A DNA stretch of 64,000 nucleotides from the IMG/VR virus record IMGVR_UViG_3300034355_001008; one strand, 5' to 3'. The translations under genes were made by a program, and so were the position numbers. Origin of the DNA: a virus (lineage: Duplodnaviria; Heunggongvirae; Uroviricota; Caudoviricetes). Each line of letters begins with the position of its first letter. Position 1 is the stretch's first letter. Below are positions 59,109 through 64,000 of this stretch, piece after piece. The notes beneath the pieces were generated by a model. It did no database searches and was not told the DNA's origin. It saw nothing but the letters and a program-made list of their open reading frames with translations.

Positions 59109-59774
59109 ATGAAAGAATTAAAATTTGATTTTGCTGACGTTCCAGATTTTACTGAAGAAATACCTTCTTTATTAGAAGATCTTCCGGAAGAAAAACCCGT
59201 TGTTGCTAAAGTAAAACGAAAAAAGGTCACGCGAGAATATATTAATAATGCTGATTTTTGCGCTGCTTTAGAGAAATATAAAGCTGATTGCGCTCTTGCT
59301 AAAGCTGAAGGGAAAATTAAACCTAGAATTCCAAATTATATTGGAGAATGTTTCGTTAAATTATCAGAGGGATTAGCTCGTAGACCTAATTTCTTTGGGT
59401 ATTCATATAAAGATGAAATGATTGCTGATGGAATTGAAAACTGTTTAATGTATTTTGAAAATTTTGATTCAGCAAAAACTAAAAATCCCTTTGCTTATTT
59501 TACTCAGATTCTTTGGTGGTGTTTTGTTCGTAGGATCCAAAAAGAAAAAAAACAGCAGTATATAAAATATAAAGCAACAGAAAATTTCGGTATTCTTGAT
59601 GAAGCTGAGTTATTGGAACTTGGTGAAGGTCAAATTAAACAAATTGAAGTTTATGATAATATGTATGATTTTATTCAAAAATTTGAAGATACTGAATTCA
59701 AAAAAAGCACTAAAAGTCCTGTAGCGAAGAAAAAGAAAAAAGCTAAAGGAATTGAAACTTTCTTGGAGGATTAA
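59109..59774 (+). CDS. gp55: late sigma factor gp55
   Basis: YINN.DF..AL..Y, IG.CF.K...GL..RPNF..Y.Y..EMI.DGIENC..Y..NFD and NPFAYFTQI...F.RRI.KEKKQ motifs. Confidence 0.97.
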   Translation: MKELKFDFADVPDFTEEIPSLLEDLPEEKPVVAKVKRKKVTREYINNADFCAALEKYKADCALAKAEGKIKPRIPNYIGECFVKLSEGLARRPNFFGYSYKDEMIADGIENCLMYFENFDSAKTKNPFAYFTQILWWCFVRRIQKEKKQQYIKYKATENFGILDEAELLELGEGQIKQIEVYDNMYDFIQKFEDTEFKKSTKSPVAKKKKKAKGIETFLED

Positions 59775-60502
59775 TATGGTAATTCAGGAAAATATATTTT
59801 TGCTTTTGCTTTATCGTATTCTTTCTTGGTTTCAATAATACAAATAAATTTTTTACGTTTAATGCCTTTTGTTGATCGATTTTTATTTTCTTTTTTATAT
59901 GCTTTTCTGGGGTTAGTTTCTTTTTTCCGTTGAGTATTAAATGTTAGTCCTGTATACCATCCATCAGGTATTTCATTTTTATGTTTTACTGCAGAATTTA
60001 ATATACCATTAGTAATTCTAATTTTGTTAGACATTGGATTATTTTTACCTGATACGTTTGCATGATTTTTTGATATTTTTTCTTTACTATCATTTGTTCG
60101 CGGTTTATTATAATTTGGATGTTTTTCTCTCGAAACATCTCTACCAAAAAACCCATTTGGCGCAGCATACGCCATGTTAACAAATAATGGATTCTTAACA
60201 ACGTTAAATATTTTTTGTATTTGTAATTCTTTGTAGGTAGCTGATGGTCTAGTTTCGTGATATGATATTATTTCAATAGAAAATAAATGTGGATTAGTTT
60301 TTAATTCTGATTTCCAAATATTTTTATAAATTTTTGATTTTATGGATCCCATATAACCGGATTTAATACTATCAATTGTAGATGAACCGATGTAATTTGA
60401 TGGGATTATATTTGAATTATTTTTTGGTGATAACTTATCGCCTGAGTATGTAATATGATAAACGCAGTATTTTTGTTCAGTATAAGTATTTGTGCTGGAC
60501 AT
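59771..60502 (-). mobile_element. free-standing GIY-YIG homing endonuclease (Seg-like) with NUMOD3-like DNA-binding motifs
   Basis: YCVY...YIGSS...GYMGS catalytic-type N-terminus; HPNY.KPRT.DSKEKIS and G.NNPM motifs. Inserted antisense between gp55 and gp47. ATG at 60502 has an AAAGGAG RBS. Confidence 0.8.
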
Positions 60503-60537
60503 AGTTGTCTCCTTTGATAACACGGTTAATGTTTAGT

Positions 60538-60573
60538 GCTACTGGATATGGGGATATCGCGAGTAGCTTTTTT
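60538..60573. promoter_or_regulatory. hairpin in the HEG 5' leader; terminator-like on the + strand
   Basis: GCTACT-G-GATAT-GGGG-ATATC-GCG-AGTAGC followed by TTTTTT; a minus-strand AATAAATA late-like promoter lies at 60583-60576. Confidence 0.55.
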
Positions 60574-60599
60574 ATTATTTATTATTTTTGGATTTTGTT

Positions 60600-61664
60600 A
60601 TGAGTAAAATAGTTTTTCTTGGTGATTGTCATTTTGGTGCAAGAGGCGACAGTATGTATTTTCATAAGTTTTTTGAAAAATTTTATGATCAGGTATTTTT
60701 TCCTTATCTTATACAAAATAATATAAGCACTGTTATTCAATTAGGGGATTTATTTGATAGAAGAAAATACACGAATCATATAACATTATCTGAAGCTAAT
60801 AATTATTTCTTTTCTAAGTTCGATAAATTTGATATTAAATTAATAACATTACTTGGAAACCACGATTTAGCGTATAAAGAATCATTGAGTATTAGTAGTT
60901 CTGGATTATTTTTAACTCAGTTTAAAAACGTAACTGTTGTAAAAGAACCAACTAAACTTGACAATGGAATTTCTATTATTCCATGGATTTGTAAAGAAAA
61001 TTATCAAGAATGTTTAAATTTTATTAAACAAGATACTTCTACTGTTTGTGTTGGTCATTTTGAAATAGAAGGTTTTAAGATGTACCAAAGTAGTATCCTA
61101 TCGGAGCATGGATTGTCCGCTAAGGCGTTTTCTAATTATGAAAGGGTATTATCCGGTCATTATCATCACGCGTCTAAGAGAGGGAATATCGAGTACATAG
61201 GGACTCCTTATGAGATGACTTGGCAAGATTATGCCGATCCAAAAGGTTTTAGAGTTTTTGACTTAGAAACTAGGGAATTGGAAACTGTACTTAATCCAAA
61301 TTCAATTTTCTATAAGATGGATTATGATGATTCTGGATCTAGTGATGTCACTAATTCCAGTTATCTTGATAAAGAATTTTTATCTAACGTAATTGGTAAA
61401 TATGTTAAGATTCAAGTTAAGGCTAAAACTAATCCATATTTGTTTGATTTATTTGTCGATCAAGTTTATGCGAATAACCCTATAGATGTATCAATTACTG
61501 AAGATGTAGTTGATTTAGAAATTGATGAGGATGTTGATGAAACTGATGATACATTAACAATTACTTACAAATATATTGATAGTATTAATCAACAAGAATT
61601 AGATAAAAACAAATTGAAGACTATGATGTCTAATTTATATACTGAAGCAATGGCGGTTGAATAA
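60600..61664 (+). CDS. gp47: recombination endonuclease gp47 (Mre11/SbcD-like)
   Basis: GDCHFGAR, LGDLFDRRK, GNHD, GHFEI.GF, SGHYH and Y.GTPYE.TW.D motifs; ATG at 60600. Confidence 0.96.
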   Translation: MSKIVFLGDCHFGARGDSMYFHKFFEKFYDQVFFPYLIQNNISTVIQLGDLFDRRKYTNHITLSEANNYFFSKFDKFDIKLITLLGNHDLAYKESLSISSSGLFLTQFKNVTVVKEPTKLDNGISIIPWICKENYQECLNFIKQDTSTVCVGHFEIEGFKMYQSSILSEHGLSAKAFSNYERVLSGHYHHASKRGNIEYIGTPYEMTWQDYADPKGFRVFDLETRELETVLNPNSIFYKMDYDDSGSSDVTNSSYLDKEFLSNVIGKYVKIQVKAKTNPYLFDLFVDQVYANNPIDVSITEDVVDLEIDEDVDETDDTLTITYKYIDSINQQELDKNKLKTMMSNLYTEAMAVE

Positions 61665-63385
61665 TGGTAATTTTTGAAACAATCCGGTTTAAAAACTTTC
61701 TTTCCTATGGAAATAACTTTACTGAAATTGAATTAAATAAAGATAGAACTACTTTATCCACTGGAATTAATGGGCAAGGCAAATCAACATTTATTGATGC
61801 AATTACCTTTGCCCTTTATGGAAAACCTTTTAGAAAAATTAACAAAAGCGGTTTAATAAATTCAATTAATAAATCTGAATTGGTTACTGAAGTTGAGTTT
61901 TCTATTGGTCCAAACAAATATAAAATTATTCGTGGTATTAAACCAAATATTTTTGAAGTTTATTGTAATGGTGATTTAGTTCGCCAAGACGCAAAAGTAA
62001 AAGATTATCAAGAACAATTAGAAAGATATATACTTAAAATGAGTTACAAATCTTTTACTCAAGTTGTTATTCTTGGCTCAGCTAGATATACTCCTTTTAT
62101 GCAGTTATCAGCTGGAGATAGACGCTCTGTTATTGAAGATTTGCTTGATATTCAGATTTTTTCTAACATGAACTCTATTGTTAAAGATAAAGTATCTGGA
62201 ATTAAAGAAACTGTTCAAGATTGTAAATTTAATATTGAATTATTTAAAGACAAAATAGAACTTCAAAAACAAAATATTAAACGTACCAATCAAGTTTCTG
62301 ATGAACTAATTCTTAGAAAAAAAGAATTAATTGCAAATACTTGTGTTGAAGTTGAAGATTTACAGCAAACTATCTCTGAGTTATTGTCTGAAAACGAACG
62401 ACTGGGTCATGAAATTTCTGATATGGATGTCGTTGAAAAAAAGAAAAATAAATTATTATTAATTGAAGGTAAATTGCGCGATAATATATCTAAGGTAGAA
62501 AAAGATAATACATTCTATCATTCAAATGATAATTGTCCAACATGCCGTCAATCTATTAATTCTGCGTTTAAACAGGAAATTATTGAAAAAAATAGCACTA
62601 AATTAATAGAATTAGTTGATGGCGAAAAAAAATTATCTAAGGAATTAAAGGTTGCTACTGATAGATTAGTTGCTATATCCAAGATAAACGCTAAAATTTT
62701 AAAGAATTCAAGTATTTTATCAGAGAAAAATTCAAATATTGTTTCTGCGCAAAAATATATAAAACTAGTTTCTAATGAAATTGATCAACTAAAAGATTCA
62801 TCAAATACCACTGATAATGGTTCAGATAAACTGCAAGAATTAATTGAATCATTAGATGTTTATGTTGAAAAATATGAAGAATATATAAATGAAAAAAGTT
62901 ATTATGATTTTATTTCTGTTATGTTAAAGGACGGAGGAATTAAAACTCGTATAATTAAACAGTATCTTCCTATTTTAAACAAATATATAAATCAGTATTT
63001 GGCTCAATTAGATTTCTTTGTTAATTTTAATATTAATGAAAATTTTGAAGAAGTAATTAAATCTCGTCATAGAGATGAATTTACTTATGCTAATTTCTCT
63101 GAGGGCGAAAAAACTCGATTAGATTTAGCTATTTTATTTTCATTTAGACAGTTAGCTAGATTAAAAAATTCAGTAAATACCAATTTATTAATTCTTGACG
63201 AAATAATGGACGGCAGTCTTGATACTGGGGGTACTGATGTTTTTATGAATTTATTATCATCAGTTGATAAAAGTACAAATATATTTGTTATTAGTCATAA
63301 GTCTGATCAAGTATCAGATAAATTCGATACTGTATTAAAGTTCGAAAAAATAAAAAACTTTTCAAAGATGAAGGTTATACAATGA
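61664..63385 (+). CDS. gp46: recombination ATPase gp46 (Rad50/SbcC-like)
   Basis: FKNFLSYGN, G.NGQGKST Walker A, CPTC zinc hook, FSEGEK.R.DLA signature, LDE..DGSLD and VISH. Confidence 0.97.
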   Translation: MVIFETIRFKNFLSYGNNFTEIELNKDRTTLSTGINGQGKSTFIDAITFALYGKPFRKINKSGLINSINKSELVTEVEFSIGPNKYKIIRGIKPNIFEVYCNGDLVRQDAKVKDYQEQLERYILKMSYKSFTQVVILGSARYTPFMQLSAGDRRSVIEDLLDIQIFSNMNSIVKDKVSGIKETVQDCKFNIELFKDKIELQKQNIKRTNQVSDELILRKKELIANTCVEVEDLQQTISELLSENERLGHEISDMDVVEKKKNKLLLIEGKLRDNISKVEKDNTFYHSNDNCPTCRQSINSAFKQEIIEKNSTKLIELVDGEKKLSKELKVATDRLVAISKINAKILKNSSILSEKNSNIVSAQKYIKLVSNEIDQLKDSSNTTDNGSDKLQELIESLDVYVEKYEEYINEKSYYDFISVMLKDGGIKTRIIKQYLPILNKYINQYLAQLDFFVNFNINENFEEVIKSRHRDEFTYANFSEGEKTRLDLAILFSFRQLARLKNSVNTNLLILDEIMDGSLDTGGTDVFMNLLSSVDKSTNIFVISHKSDQVSDKFDTVLKFEKIKNFSKMKVIQ

Positions 63386-63993
63386 GTGAGTTTATATATA
63401 ATACTGCTGATGTAGTTTCTCAGGCTGCAGCAGTGCCTGAACCTCAATTTCTTGGTTATGAATTATGTGATCAAAAAGATCCAGTTTTAACTACAAAGTT
63501 AAAACACTTCGATTTTACCAATACTGAATTAAATTCTAGCGAAATTGCTTCAAAGTTAATTGCAACATGTAAATTTCATAAAGTATATGGAATTGCTGCA
63601 AATCAATGCGGATTAGAGCATAAAGTATTGGTTGCTGGAGTTGCAGATAATTTTGTTGCATTTTTCAATCCTATTGTTATTGAATCGCATGGCGAAATTT
63701 TACTAGAAGAATCTGATTTGAGTAATATGGGTTTATTAATGGTAGTTAAACGCCCTACTACAGTTATTGTTTCATATCAAGATTTTGAAGGAAATGAAAA
63801 GATGACTAGGTTCGATGGTTTAACTTCAAGAATTATTCAACAAGGAATAGATAGATTAAATGGAATTGATTTTAAAACTAAAGTTTCTAAATTTGTTTTA
63901 GAACGAGCTGAAACTGCTCTAAATAAAAAAATTAAGAAATTCGTAAAGAGTCGCATAATCACGAAAAAGAGAGGTAAAAATGACAAGAAGTAA
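63382..63993 (+). CDS. def: peptide deformylase homologue, catalytically degenerate
   Basis: PDF layout (D..L, GIAANQ.G, F.NP.., V.RP..V.V.YQD..G, LNG..F), but EGCLS reads ESDLS and HExDH reads QGIDR. Confidence 0.8.
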   Translation: MSEFIYNTADVVSQAAAVPEPQFLGYELCDQKDPVLTTKLKHFDFTNTELNSSEIASKLIATCKFHKVYGIAANQCGLEHKVLVAGVADNFVAFFNPIVIESHGEILLEESDLSNMGLLMVVKRPTTVIVSYQDFEGNEKMTRFDGLTSRIIQQGIDRLNGIDFKTKVSKFVLERAETALNKKIKKFVKSRIITKKRGKNDKK

Positions 63994-64000
63994 ATGTCGT
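63980..64000 (+). CDS. start of a 3'-truncated ORF (MTRSKCR...)
   Basis: GAGGT RBS followed by ATG at 63980; the frame runs off the window. Confidence 0.4.

Noticed and set aside
1973-60201. Numerous short opposite-strand or off-frame ORFs in the track (e.g. 1973-2194, 3985-4548, 4639-5067, 26602-26949, 30016-30468, 32007-32471, 53165-53443)
   Set aside because: They are shadows of well-supported genes or of repeat tracts, with no RBS or recognisable motifs.
43734-63385. Inteins or introns in terminase, UvsW, gp46 or gp47
   Set aside because: Lengths are typical and the motifs are contiguous. The homing endonuclease is intergenic, with no group I intron core evident.
1-64000. tRNA or rRNA genes
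   Set aside because: No cloverleaf or T-loop (GTTCGA/GTTCAA) context was noticed in the short intergenic gaps. A tRNAscan-SE run would be needed to exclude them fully.

Overview
A 64-kb, AT-rich segment of a T4-like (Tevenvirinae/Kyanoviridae-style) myovirus genome, identified by reading protein motifs; no database search was run. The window runs as follows. (1) A 5'-truncated kinase-like ORF, an early hypothetical gene, a SleB-type cell-wall hydrolase, then gp33-gp59-gp32. (2) A minus-strand block of gp4, gp2, gp54-like, gp26-like, a gp51-like ORF and a tape-measure-like protein carrying a lysozyme domain. (3) The baseplate block gp48-53-27-5-25-6-7-8 and a split VrlC/DUF4815-like structural gene. 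(4) A repeat-rich tail fibre followed by an accessory island of three RCC1 propellers, DUF4376, a sulfotransferase, a TPR-glycosyltransferase, a methyltransferase and an APS kinase. (5) The head-tail core gp13-gp23. (6) A TET/JBP dioxygenase plus glycosyltransferase pair. (7) gp3, uvsY, uvsW, gp55, a GIY-YIG homing endonuclease, gp47, gp46 and a peptide deformylase homologue lacking its catalytic residues. Regulation appears to use consensus sigma70 promoters and TATAAATA late promoters. The most notable candidates are a lambda-G/GT-like -1 frameshift at the gp26/gp51 junction upstream of the tape-measure gene, the sulfation/glycosylation island beside the fibre and RCC1 genes, the DNA hypermodification pair, the pseudo-deformylase, and a structured non-coding element upstream of gp55. 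No tRNA, rRNA or CRISPR array was recognised.
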